Shown here: positions 25,192 through 34,344 of the stretch, one piece after another | How the letters are laid out: each line of letters begins with the position of its first letter | Numbering within the stretch: position 1 is the first letter of the stretch | IMG/VR virus record: IMGVR_UViG_3300033997_000243 | Location: 62,001-126,000 of that record | DNA length: 64,000 nt | Strand: one strand, 5' to 3' | The notes under the pieces: model-generated | Told to the model about the DNA's origin: nothing | Database searches by the model: none | The model's input: only the letters and a program-made list of their open reading frames with translations | Program-made: the position numbers and the translations under genes

Positions 25192-27107
25192 TTGCTTTAA
25201 GCGTTGCTGGAACCGAGATCCAATTAAAAATAAATGGTAGAGAGTTGCCTCCTGCTAATAACTTTTTCCAATCTTTTATTCTTAATGGTGGCTTTGGTTA
25301 TAATACACCAGCCATAGAATTTAAGTTTGAAGATAGAAATCGTATATTATCTGGCCCTCTTGCTTTAGTTGATGGATCTAAGATTACACTAACCTATAGT
25401 TTTTCAGATAAGCCAAAACTAGAACTTAACTTTACTACAGTAAGCTGCAAAGAAGAAGAAATTGCAGGTGCAGGTGTTCGTTATGATATAGTTGCTGTTC
25501 TTGGCGAACCTTCTTATGTTTTTGGCGCACAACAGCAAGCTCAAAAAGGCACAAGCATCGATGCTGTTACCCAAATTCTTCAAGCACATGGCATTACGGT
25601 TGATAGCGATGTAACTTCTGACGACTCCATGACTTGGTTAAATGTCGGTAAAAGTCGTGCTCAATTTGTTCAAGATATTTTAGCCAGATCTTTTAAAGAT
25701 ACTGAAAGTGTTATTGCTGGTTTGCATGACATAGATAACACTTTTATCATTCGTGAGTTGTTTTCCACTATTCAACAAGACCCTGAGTACACAATATTAT
25801 TAGGTGATATGCCAGAAAAGAAAGAAGCCAATACTTTCTTTGCGCTTGAATACAAACCATTTAAACATTCTGGCTTAACAAATTTAATGTTTAACTATGG
25901 TCATGTACGAACTCAAGCTCGTGCTGATGGAAAGATTGATACATACGAATCTGTAAATCCTCCAGTAATACAAGATGGTTTACCTATAAACCAAGAAGTG
26001 CGTAACAGCTTTGCTTACAGTAGTTCGGTTAGCGCAAAATATTATGACAGTGGTATTGGCAAGAATTTAAGTGGCTCAAACGCGCACGAAAAATATTATG
26101 AGGCCAAAACGCAGAATATGCGTTATCTAAGTTTGTTCAACAGCGGTATTCGCGTTAACATTCCCAAAATGGCTAACATTCCATTATTTTCTGTGGTTGA
26201 AGTGAAAGCTTTCAATCAATTTCAAGAGCTTGATGTTCAGGAAACCGTTCAAGGCATTTATATTGTTGGAGGTAAAACGGCTGCATGTGTAGGAAATAAC
26301 TACAGAGAGTTTTACACTCTTTATCGCTGTTTTGTTACTCAAAGCGGAAACACCCCACTACTAGGATCTAAGAATCAAAGATCTGACAGCAAAAAACCAA
26401 AAATGGAAAAAGCTGACAGCGTTGTTGATTATAATGATCCAATAAAAGAACAGGCCATAAGCCAACAAGCAAGCACTACACTGGCTGGCGGTGATACGCA
26501 AACTCCAATTCAAGCTGCTGATGCTGCACAACAAAATATTAAAACTGGATTTGACGGCTTCATTGATAAAGCTACCGGAAGCATAGATGCTCTTGAAAAT
26601 TCTTTTGCGTCTGAAAGTGATCGTTTCGGATTCGGAGCTTTGTCTGCAAAATACGGAGCAGGAAAAGATCAACTGTTGAATTTACTCAGTGAGTTCAGCA
26701 TGGCAAAATCTATTTTAGAAAACTGTGGCGAGTTAAATCCACTTGAATCTCTGGTAATAGATTTTATTAAACTTAATCTTGATGATCTAGTTAATGCGGT
26801 TATTGATCGTATTGGAAGAATTGAAGGATTGAGTGCCAGACTTCTTAATGAAATAAATGCCTTGCTTGCTCTTGGAGATCTAAATGGTGGTTATTTAAAA
26901 GCACCTCAATTAAATGTTAGTTGCCGAGCTTTTGCTCAAGACCACTTGAATGCGGCTTTACGTGGTTTATATCCTGACCAATGTATAGACAATTTCAACA
27001 TGAATAGATTGCGCTTTCCCTTCAATAAATTGAACAGATTGAAAAGATTACTTCTTTCTTTTTTACGCGATCTTCTTTGCGCTTTAGGTGAGAATGCCAC
27101 AGAATGA
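25188..27107 (+). CDS. Baseplate hub protein (gp27/VgrG-like) with helical C-terminal extension
   Basis: Position between LysM and spike genes; P..EFKFED, D.M.W.N. Confidence 0.65.
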   Translation: MIALSVAGTEIQLKINGRELPPANNFFQSFILNGGFGYNTPAIEFKFEDRNRILSGPLALVDGSKITLTYSFSDKPKLELNFTTVSCKEEEIAGAGVRYDIVAVLGEPSYVFGAQQQAQKGTSIDAVTQILQAHGITVDSDVTSDDSMTWLNVGKSRAQFVQDILARSFKDTESVIAGLHDIDNTFIIRELFSTIQQDPEYTILLGDMPEKKEANTFFALEYKPFKHSGLTNLMFNYGHVRTQARADGKIDTYESVNPPVIQDGLPINQEVRNSFAYSSSVSAKYYDSGIGKNLSGSNAHEKYYEAKTQNMRYLSLFNSGIRVNIPKMANIPLFSVVEVKAFNQFQELDVQETVQGIYIVGGKTAACVGNNYREFYTLYRCFVTQSGNTPLLGSKNQRSDSKKPKMEKADSVVDYNDPIKEQAISQQASTTLAGGDTQTPIQAADAAQQNIKTGFDGFIDKATGSIDALENSFASESDRFGFGALSAKYGAGKDQLLNLLSEFSMAKSILENCGELNPLESLVIDFIKLNLDDLVNAVIDRIGRIEGLSARLLNEINALLALGDLNGGYLKAPQLNVSCRAFAQDHLNAALRGLYPDQCIDNFNMNRLRFPFNKLNRLKRLLLSFLRDLLCALGENATE

Positions 27108-27907
27108 AACCAACAATTAATTTGCTCCGTGAGTTGGAACGTAAAGGACTTGATCCTAAAATTCCTTATAATGCAATCGTCGTTGACAATAATGATCCTG
27201 ATAGACTTTTTAGAATACGCGCACGTATTCCAATTTTACAGGACGCAATAAAGGATGATGAACTTCCTTGGTTAATACCTGAAGATAATATTCATCCTCG
27301 CGGTCTAATGGGCGGTGTGTTGGGACATACAGCTTGTGTTTGGGGAACTCCAGTTCGTGGTTCTTGGGTTTCCGTTAGTTATAAACATGATGGAGATCCG
27401 CACTTAGGATCTTATTCAACAAGAGTTCCCTTTAACAGCACTACATTGGCCGAAGAATTTGAAGTTAATTATCCTGATCGTCTAGGTTACGTGCTTCCAA
27501 GCGGCCACTATTTTGTAATAGATGAAAGAACCAGAGAAACTTTTGTAAATTTTCCTGGTGATCACCATGTTACTGTTTTTGGAGATCTTCGCCAAACAGT
27601 TATAGGTAATCATCAGCTGCATGTAGCAAAAGATGTAAATGCGATTCCTCAGTATTTAAAAGATAACGTAAGTTCAATTCTTGATAGCCTTGGTAAGCAA
27701 CAAAAAGGTCGTGTTCCGTTTGCTGGTTTCCGTAAAAAAGACAGCGGTAATATGCACGTTATCGTCGAAGGTGATTTCACACAAGACATAAAGGGCGATC
27801 ATGAAATGAAAATAGGTGGAAAGCAAGTAATCCAAGTTAAAGGAAGCGTCGATTACACTACAAGCTCTACCTATAAAATCAATGGTACTCGAATCGATTT
27901 AGCGTAA
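27104..27907 (+). CDS. Baseplate puncturing spike (gp5/Gp138/VgrG OB-fold and beta-helix)
   Basis: IVVDNNDPDRL.RIRARIP..Q....LPW; P.RGS.V.V; C-terminal repeats ending INGTRIDLA. Confidence 0.85.
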   Translation: MKPTINLLRELERKGLDPKIPYNAIVVDNNDPDRLFRIRARIPILQDAIKDDELPWLIPEDNIHPRGLMGGVLGHTACVWGTPVRGSWVSVSYKHDGDPHLGSYSTRVPFNSTTLAEEFEVNYPDRLGYVLPSGHYFVIDERTRETFVNFPGDHHVTVFGDLRQTVIGNHQLHVAKDVNAIPQYLKDNVSSILDSLGKQQKGRVPFAGFRKKDSGNMHVIVEGDFTQDIKGDHEMKIGGKQVIQVKGSVDYTTSSTYKINGTRIDLA

Positions 27908-27918
27908 GGAATGTTAAA

Positions 27919-28737
27919 ATGTCAGAAGTTGAAATCAAAATTTATGACACCACGAATACTCCTGAAGGTAAGCACATAGGTATTCCTTATGTAAAAGAAA
28001 ACACTGCTGAATACTTCAGGCAAAGTGTGCTTGTTCCGGCTTTAACACAACACGAAACAATATTAATCGATTTTATTAACCCTGAAACCAAAGAAGAACT
28101 TTCTATCGCAGCTTCTTGGCTAGAGGAAGCGTTTGCTGGCCTTATTAAATACGGATATTTAACTCTGGACGAATTCAAAAGAAGAGTACGTTTTAAACCA
28201 GCCAGTAACCAACGCTTCTATAATCTTAAAGTAAACCAGTACGTATCACAAGCAGTTTACTGTAGTGATATTTATGTTGCTCCACTTGAAGGACATTCCA
28301 TTTTGCAAGAACAACATTCACAATCTGATTCAATAGATTTAAACAACTCTTCTCGAATTTTTGGGAAATTTAATGTAGTTGCGTCAGAAAGATCTGATGT
28401 AAATACAAAACGCTATGCTTTCGTTTATGAAACGGATCTTGAGCCGCACCAACAAATTTTGTGCTTAGAGCTTGAATTATATTTTCCATCAAGTTTGCAG
28501 TTTGTGGTAGATGGTGCAATCAAGTATGAACCTTTGTTAAACAGTTTGTCTGCACTACATTTGCTGGATCAACCTGAATTCATGGAATACGTAAAATCTT
28601 ATAATCTATTCAGCTGTGACCGAGACGAAATAGAAGAACAATTAGAAGAATTATCCAATTGTACTTTTTTACGCAGACTAAAACGTAAGGGTGAGGTTAC
28701 AACTTTTGATCCTTATGTTTATCGTGGCGGCTGTTAA
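27919..28737 (+). CDS. STAS-like (DUF4325-like) domain protein
   Basis: P.G..........AE.FR...L.PAL......IDF.....SWLEEAFAGLI..G. Confidence 0.6.
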   Translation: MSEVEIKIYDTTNTPEGKHIGIPYVKENTAEYFRQSVLVPALTQHETILIDFINPETKEELSIAASWLEEAFAGLIKYGYLTLDEFKRRVRFKPASNQRFYNLKVNQYVSQAVYCSDIYVAPLEGHSILQEQHSQSDSIDLNNSSRIFGKFNVVASERSDVNTKRYAFVYETDLEPHQQILCLELELYFPSSLQFVVDGAIKYEPLLNSLSALHLLDQPEFMEYVKSYNLFSCDRDEIEEQLEELSNCTFLRRLKRKGEVTTFDPYVYRGGC

Positions 28738-29124
28738 ATGAAACTTGATTTAAAGAAAAATCGTAAAAGGATTATTCCTATGGGTGAATACGTAAAAATC
28801 GGTGTAATCACTTTTGTTGAGTACGATTTGCCTGAACTGGAAAGACTTGTTGATGCTGCGCTCAGAAAAGAGCATCTTATGTGGGGAGCAGGACACATAG
28901 TAATATGTAAAAAAGACCCTAGCATTGAGCATGTTACTCGTCAATTCAGATCCACAAAATTTGCTGGTATGTCATGGAAAGATAAACAATCAGACATATT
29001 ACCTGAAGTAACGTATTTACTTGTGGTAGGGAAAACAGGCGAACATCGTAAAAAGTTTGATGAATTATCTTTGAGCGCAGCCAAAACATTTAATTTACGT
29101 AGAAGGAAATACATCGCAATATAA
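28738..29124 (+). CDS. Hypothetical protein
   Basis: Abutting ORF, 128 aa. Confidence 0.6.
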   Translation: MKLDLKKNRKRIIPMGEYVKIGVITFVEYDLPELERLVDAALRKEHLMWGAGHIVICKKDPSIEHVTRQFRSTKFAGMSWKDKQSDILPEVTYLLVVGKTGEHRKKFDELSLSAAKTFNLRRRKYIAI

Positions 29125-29158
29125 TTTAAGCTTATCTAATACAAGTAGGTGACTTATC

Positions 29159-29512
29159 ATGGAAACCAGAACTCAACTTGGTTCATGTCATTTATTGTTG
29201 CTTGTAGATAAGTCCTTACATGATTGTGTGAGATTCCGAGGATTATCTTTACTGCAATACGCTAAAACATTTTCAGGATATTCTAAAGGAATCAATTTAA
29301 GCGCATACGGTAACAAACTTGGTGTTGTTGAGTTTGACTGTGATGGTGAGTACGCTAATAATATCATTAGCGAATATGAAATGGATGATTTAACAGCTAA
29401 TGGATTTTGCTTTGAAGAACTTTTAGAAAAGTTTGAGCTTACTAAAGCTGATACTAATCTTGTGAAAGCCAAATTTAAAGAAATTTGTCCTGTTCAATCT
29501 GCGGTAATTTAA
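29159..29512 (+). CDS. Hypothetical protein
   Basis: SD AGGTG; 117 aa. Confidence 0.6.
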   Translation: METRTQLGSCHLLLLVDKSLHDCVRFRGLSLLQYAKTFSGYSKGINLSAYGNKLGVVEFDCDGEYANNIISEYEMDDLTANGFCFEELLEKFELTKADTNLVKAKFKEICPVQSAVI

Positions 29513-29513
29513 A

Positions 29514-29876
29514 GTGAGCTATGCAGTATCGCCACTTACATTTGGTTTGGTTCTTAAGAAAGTTTATCCAGAGTTAAAATTGTGTTTGTTGGAAATACCT
29601 GATGTACTTTTTTGCGAACGTGCTTACAAGGCATTAGAGTTAGAAAGTATCATACTGCCAATCTTAATGCGAAACTTAGGGTACGGCAGTAAGATAATGC
29701 GTAGTATAACTGAGTATGCGGATCAGCACAGTTTTATAATTGTGTTGAATCCATCCACAGCCTTCGGAAGCAATCTTAAAAGACTTACACAATTTTATAC
29801 AAGATTTGGATTTCAACCTGTAGATCCTAAACTGATAAAGGCATCGTATAAAATGTACAGACTGCCTAAACAATAA
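29514..29876 (+). CDS. GNAT-fold acetyltransferase-like protein
   Basis: LESI......RNLGYGSKIM......D......L.P...FG....RL..FY.RFGF (motif A RxxGxG plus FY...GF). Confidence 0.7.
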   Translation: MSYAVSPLTFGLVLKKVYPELKLCLLEIPDVLFCERAYKALELESIILPILMRNLGYGSKIMRSITEYADQHSFIIVLNPSTAFGSNLKRLTQFYTRFGFQPVDPKLIKASYKMYRLPKQ

Positions 29877-29878
29877 CC

Positions 29879-29906
29879 CAAAGGCAGCTTAATTGCTGCT
29901 CTTTGC
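29879..29906 (+). terminator. Probable terminator hairpin
   Basis: CAAAG-GCAGC-TTAATT-GCTGC-T-CTTTG. Confidence 0.5.
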
Positions 29907-29924
29907 ATTTATGGGCTGTATTTT

Positions 29925-29935
29925 TATAATTTAGT
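29925..29935 (+). promoter_or_regulatory. Candidate late promoter TATAATTTAGT
   Basis: Identical to 7183-7193; upstream of a highly-expressed-type basic gene. Confidence 0.45.
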
Positions 29936-29984
29936 AGAGTAAGTTAATCAACTTCAAAACAGCATCTTATTCAAGGAATTTGCT

Positions 29985-30860
29985 ATGAAAATCGAAAGTT
30001 TGGTAAGTCTGAATGCAGGTAACACTTATTTAGCTGCTGATGGTTTGGCTAATCTGCCAAACATTTTGGCTGTACGTAAAGACATTGAATCTTATTTACG
30101 TAACATGAAGCCAATCTCTACCATCAAAAAATCGCGTGATGGTTTTTCCGTGAGTGTTGTTGCTCCGGTTAAAATGCGTAAAGAGGCAGTAACCTTAAGT
30201 GCTGTTATCAAGCCGCATACAGCTGACGGTAAAGTTAAGATCGAAGGCGAAGCTGGTAAGTTCACATTAAACTTTTTGTGTGAAGATAAAGCCACTGCTG
30301 AAAAAGCTGTTGCCGCTTTTGGCAAATCAAGTGTTGTTCCTGCACCAATGGGATATTACACTGTTCCGAAACGTAGCAAAGCCATGCAGTATAGTGCGGC
30401 TCGCGCTAAAGCCAAAGAACCAAATTACATGAAGAAACGGGCAATCGCAGTTTCTTTGCGTAGCAAAATGACTGAGACAGCAACTCAAATTCTTCCTATT
30501 TATGCTAACGGCGTTTTGTCTGCCGCGCTGGAAAAGAAAATGAAAGCTGCTGCTTCTGCACTTAACAGTCACATCAAAAAAGTTCCTGCGACTAAAGAAG
30601 CTGCTGGAAAAGTTGCGGATAAAAATCGCGCAGCCAAAGCAAAAGAATATGGCCTTCTGGCGAAAGAAGTTGTCAAGATGCTGACAGAAGCCGGTATCAA
30701 AACTTCTAACATCGTGTTAGGTAAATCTATTTCAGGCCAGACGTTGTATGTTAAATTGCCAAGTGGCAAAGTAATGACTGTAGGCTTGAGCACTATGACT
30801 AACTTCAACACAGCTAAAAAAGCTGCTGCTGAAGCTTACACAGAAGATGAACTGGAATAA
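29985..30860 (+). CDS. Lys/Ala-rich putative internal head/DNA-binding protein with leader variant
   Basis: SD AAGGA; starts MKIESLVSLNA; own promoter and terminator; strong codon bias. Confidence 0.75.
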   Translation: MKIESLVSLNAGNTYLAADGLANLPNILAVRKDIESYLRNMKPISTIKKSRDGFSVSVVAPVKMRKEAVTLSAVIKPHTADGKVKIEGEAGKFTLNFLCEDKATAEKAVAAFGKSSVVPAPMGYYTVPKRSKAMQYSAARAKAKEPNYMKKRAIAVSLRSKMTETATQILPIYANGVLSAALEKKMKAAASALNSHIKKVPATKEAAGKVADKNRAAKAKEYGLLAKEVVKMLTEAGIKTSNIVLGKSISGQTLYVKLPSGKVMTVGLSTMTNFNTAKKAAAEAYTEDELE

Positions 30861-30871
30861 GTTGTAAATGT

Positions 30872-30895
30872 GGGGCTGCATTAATCTGTGGCCCC
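30872..30895 (+). terminator. Probable terminator hairpin
   Basis: GGGGCTGCA-TTAATC-TGTGGCCCC. Confidence 0.55.
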
Positions 30896-30913
30896 AAATC
30901 CGTTTTTGGAGAC

Positions 30914-31339
30914 ATGATGAATATTCTAATACCATTAAAACGCTTTCTTTCCATTAGTAGTGTTGAACCTCGTTCGCTTGATATTTCATCTTTACTTACA
31001 CGCGCTGTTCTCTTAATTAAAGATCGCAGACTCTTAGCCAGTGAACGTGACTCACGAGTTAAAGCGCTTGCACTTTGCGTCATTGAAATGCAAAATATTA
31101 ATGACGCAAAAACAAAGCTTGTTGTGCTGGAAACAGAATCTGGCGATAACATAAGAGCAATCATTGTTCTTGGTACTCAAATTCTTTATGATCCTGCTGA
31201 GAAATTCAGACGTACTCAAATTTACGATCAAAATTCTAGCATTATTTATCGTGCAGGGAAAACAGATATAAAGGCTGAGTATTTTACTTACGTTTCCTAT
31301 ACTCACAAAGCTATTATGTCACGAATTGAGAAGGCTTGA
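30914..31339 (+). CDS. Hypothetical protein (leader-like FLSISS)
   Basis: SD GGAG; 141 aa. Confidence 0.65.
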   Translation: MMNILIPLKRFLSISSVEPRSLDISSLLTRAVLLIKDRRLLASERDSRVKALALCVIEMQNINDAKTKLVVLETESGDNIRAIIVLGTQILYDPAEKFRRTQIYDQNSSIIYRAGKTDIKAEYFTYVSYTHKAIMSRIEKA

Positions 31340-32328
31340 TTATGTCATTACGTTCCATATACGGCGCTGAATTCGATAAATTAGATCAGCAACTTTCCAA
31401 AAACCGTAATCAATATTCACCTGAGATTCTGCAAGCACTGAAAAAAGTTTGCAAAGGAATAACAGGCGATTCTCTTGAAATGGTGGATGAAGAATATCCG
31501 GCTGATGCTCAAAAGTTTGAGCAAGGCGTCGAATGGTTACGTAGGAATTTATTATCTGCAACACAAATTTTATTGTTTATAGGTGAACCTAAATTCCCTG
31601 AAATATGTGTTGTTGATACTTGGTCAGCTGATAAAAATTTCCCTCATTTATATCCTTTCGCTTTTGATGCGCGTAATAAAACCAGAGTTGATGAACTTTA
31701 TGATTCTCAGCGTAAACAAATAAGTTATGAGTCTGTTGATAGGAAAACTCAAGAAACTTATGTTTTCACTCAAAGAGTTTTATCAGAAATTGACTACACA
31801 ACTCTTCGCAGTTATTTGTGCAATCCTGAATTCATTTGTCATCATTACGTAGATCAGTATGTAAATGAAATTAAATATACCGACAGTCAAAATGTTGTGC
31901 GTAGAGCAATAGCACACTGCTGCGGTAAACACGTAGACTTTCCACAGTGGGCAGGATATTGGGGATTGAGTAACGCCAGAGAAATTGAAAATGTCTTAGA
32001 GGCTTTGTATTTACATACAAACTTCGATAAAAATTCTGACAGATATTATGTCGGGAATTTTATTAGACAAGATAGATCCATGAATGATTGGAACATTGTT
32101 TGGATTCTTAACGAGCATGGCCAACGCATTGTAGTAAGAAACGGAAAGCCTTATGTAATGGCTTCTGATCCGAAAGCTCTGTGCAACAGCGTGAATCTTA
32201 ATTTCAAAAACTTTGGCATTTCTGCCTATGATCGTGATGCAATTTACAGAGAAACGTCACGACATCCATTAAAACCATTACTACAAGAATTTGGAGGCTA
32301 TCATGGTCGGAACTTACCTAGCTGTTAA
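31336..32328 (+). CDS. Hypothetical protein
   Basis: 330-aa coupled ORF. Confidence 0.7.
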   Translation: MIMSLRSIYGAEFDKLDQQLSKNRNQYSPEILQALKKVCKGITGDSLEMVDEEYPADAQKFEQGVEWLRRNLLSATQILLFIGEPKFPEICVVDTWSADKNFPHLYPFAFDARNKTRVDELYDSQRKQISYESVDRKTQETYVFTQRVLSEIDYTTLRSYLCNPEFICHHYVDQYVNEIKYTDSQNVVRRAIAHCCGKHVDFPQWAGYWGLSNAREIENVLEALYLHTNFDKNSDRYYVGNFIRQDRSMNDWNIVWILNEHGQRIVVRNGKPYVMASDPKALCNSVNLNFKNFGISAYDRDAIYRETSRHPLKPLLQEFGGYHGRNLPSC

Positions 32329-32758
32329 ACCTGATGCTTTTGCTGTCACAGATATTCAAAAGATTCAACGTGCAATTAAATTTGCAAATCCGATTCCCAA
32401 AGAAAAATTGCATTGTACACTTATGTACAGCAAAGAAAAACAGGGTACAGATTATGTACCTAGTCCGAATGTTCGATATTCGGCTGAAGTAGTTGGTTGC
32501 GATGTTATGGGTGATGTAGGTTCTCCTTGGAGAGCTATAGTTTTAAAGCTTCATTGCCCTGCCTTAGAAAGACGGTTTAACTATGCTAAAACGAAAGGGC
32601 TTGAACATAGCTATCCAGATTTTAAACCACACATTTCACTTGCTTACGGTGACGATGTTGAAGGTTATCTGATTGACCTGAAAAAATATTTGGAGAATAG
32701 TAAGCAAATTACTTTAATCCTCACTAATGAATACAGCGAAGAATTAGTAGACGATTAA
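32303..32758 (+). CDS. acb1: Anti-CBASS nuclease Acb1-like 2H phosphodiesterase (T4 gp57B family)
   Basis: G.Y.A.K, NPIPKEKLHCTLMYS, VL.L....L..RF.YA...G..H.Y.DF.PHISLAY, ...L..EY.E.L..D; two HxT/S motifs; colinear with T4 57B as recalled; SD GGAGG before ATG 32303. Confidence 0.85.
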   Translation: MVGTYLAVKPDAFAVTDIQKIQRAIKFANPIPKEKLHCTLMYSKEKQGTDYVPSPNVRYSAEVVGCDVMGDVGSPWRAIVLKLHCPALERRFNYAKTKGLEHSYPDFKPHISLAYGDDVEGYLIDLKKYLENSKQITLILTNEYSEELVDD

Positions 32759-32759
32759 T

Positions 32760-33407
32760 ATGACAAGAAAAAATGATACATTGCGGCTTAAACGGGCCGC
32801 AACTTATTATCTTGTGGATAAGCTGTATTCTGTCTATGACGAAGTTGGATTAAAATCTGACAATAAATATAGCAAATTAAGAGCCGACATACTTGGCTTA
32901 ACTGTTAGAGGGCAAACAGTTATTGTTGAGGTTAAAAGTTGTTGGGCCGATTTTACTAGCGATACAAAATGGGAATCTTACTTACCATTCGCAAATAAGA
33001 TGTATTTTGCTATATCTATTGAATTGTTTGAAAGCAAACATGGAGCTTATATCAAGCAGCGATTAAAAGCGCATGGTGTAGGTTTAATGGTTGTTACTGA
33101 TGGCGGTAATGTCATTATCAAGCAAAATGCAAAACACAGAAAAGTAGATGGAAGCTTAAAGCGTTGGGTCATTACCAAAATGGCTTGGCGTGGCGGATTC
33201 TGCAAAGCCACTGCTGATAGATCAATGCGTTTTAATCTGCGATCTGTTCAGACTCCACATAGAGAAGTTAATCTTCTTGAATTTCTCACCATGCCAAAAA
33301 GCGAACGCACGATTTATTTTGCAGCTAATCCAAGGTGTGGATTCAAGAAATACATTAACTATCCTTTGCTAGATGCTAAGTTTATTACGGGTGGGATATG
33401 CGAATAG
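32760..33407 (+). CDS. MmcB-family PD-(D/E)XK nuclease / DNA repair protein
   Basis: RADILGL...G..VIVEVKS..ADF.SD.KWE.YLPF...YFA. Confidence 0.8.
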   Translation: MTRKNDTLRLKRAATYYLVDKLYSVYDEVGLKSDNKYSKLRADILGLTVRGQTVIVEVKSCWADFTSDTKWESYLPFANKMYFAISIELFESKHGAYIKQRLKAHGVGLMVVTDGGNVIIKQNAKHRKVDGSLKRWVITKMAWRGGFCKATADRSMRFNLRSVQTPHREVNLLEFLTMPKSERTIYFAANPRCGFKKYINYPLLDAKFITGGICE

Positions 33408-33790
33408 ATCTTGACGCTAATAAGTTTCTATCCGATTGGACAAGAAACAAAACAAATTTAAGTATTATTGCTGTGAAATTTCTTGACGAAGTTAAACCCA
33501 ATTCTGTTCTCAAAGGTTTAAAATCTAAAGCACTGAGATTTGTGCCTGTTCTTCCAAATAAAAATGCACAAATAGAAAAACTTGTCAAGAAGTCAGCTAC
33601 AGTTTTTGCTACACAAGGTAAGCCAAAACCTTTAGGTGAGATATTTAATACGCTCGATGCTGTTTCAGAAAAATTTCCAAAAGAGAGCGTATTTGAGGTA
33701 ATGGTTTTTATTCAAGGCTTCGACGATTCCACGGATGCCGAAACTTACGAGTACGTGTTTACTCTAATGATTAAAAAGGTTGAGAAATGA
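33398..33790 (+). CDS. Hypothetical protein
   Basis: Coupled ORF, 130 aa. Confidence 0.6.
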   Translation: MRIDLDANKFLSDWTRNKTNLSIIAVKFLDEVKPNSVLKGLKSKALRFVPVLPNKNAQIEKLVKKSATVFATQGKPKPLGEIFNTLDAVSEKFPKESVFEVMVFIQGFDDSTDAETYEYVFTLMIKKVEK

Positions 33791-34335
33791 GAATATTAAT
33801 TAGTCTATCCAGTAAGGCTATTCGTATTGAGCAGTCGTTCGGGCCTCTGCATCTTAAAGTACAACGTGCTGACAGAAATATGTATGCAGTAAGTTGGACA
33901 AATAAAATGAAAAATGCTACTGCAAACTTTGCTAAGATGGGACAAAAGAATTATCTTGTGAGTTCAGCTGGCCCTAATCTTCCAGAAACTCAATTAGATA
34001 CGAAAGATTTAAAGCAAGGTCTGCTAATGTTCTTTGGCAATTGCAGTATTTTAAAAGTTGCTGATGAACAAGTATTGGCCGCACGTAAATGGATAGGTGA
34101 AATCATTAAAGATTACGAAGGCGTACATTCTTTGAATATTCGTATTGCTGTTCGTGGTCGTGAGCAAGATAACTTGCACCTACCTGTTACATACGGGCCA
34201 GCTGGTCAAAAGAAGAAGGGTATTTTGCTTTATATTCTGCCGCTCAGCGAGAAATGTCGAGTCATGGTATTGAACGAAGATGGTTCCAAAGGAAATGTCT
34301 TAGAAATGCCTAAAGATCAAATTTGGATAGATTAA
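33787..34335 (+). CDS. Hypothetical protein with shared leader
   Basis: Starts MRILISLSS. Confidence 0.75.
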   Translation: MRILISLSSKAIRIEQSFGPLHLKVQRADRNMYAVSWTNKMKNATANFAKMGQKNYLVSSAGPNLPETQLDTKDLKQGLLMFFGNCSILKVADEQVLAARKWIGEIIKDYEGVHSLNIRIAVRGREQDNLHLPVTYGPAGQKKKGILLYILPLSEKCRVMVLNEDGSKGNVLEMPKDQIWID

Positions 34336-34344
34336 GGGATAGCC

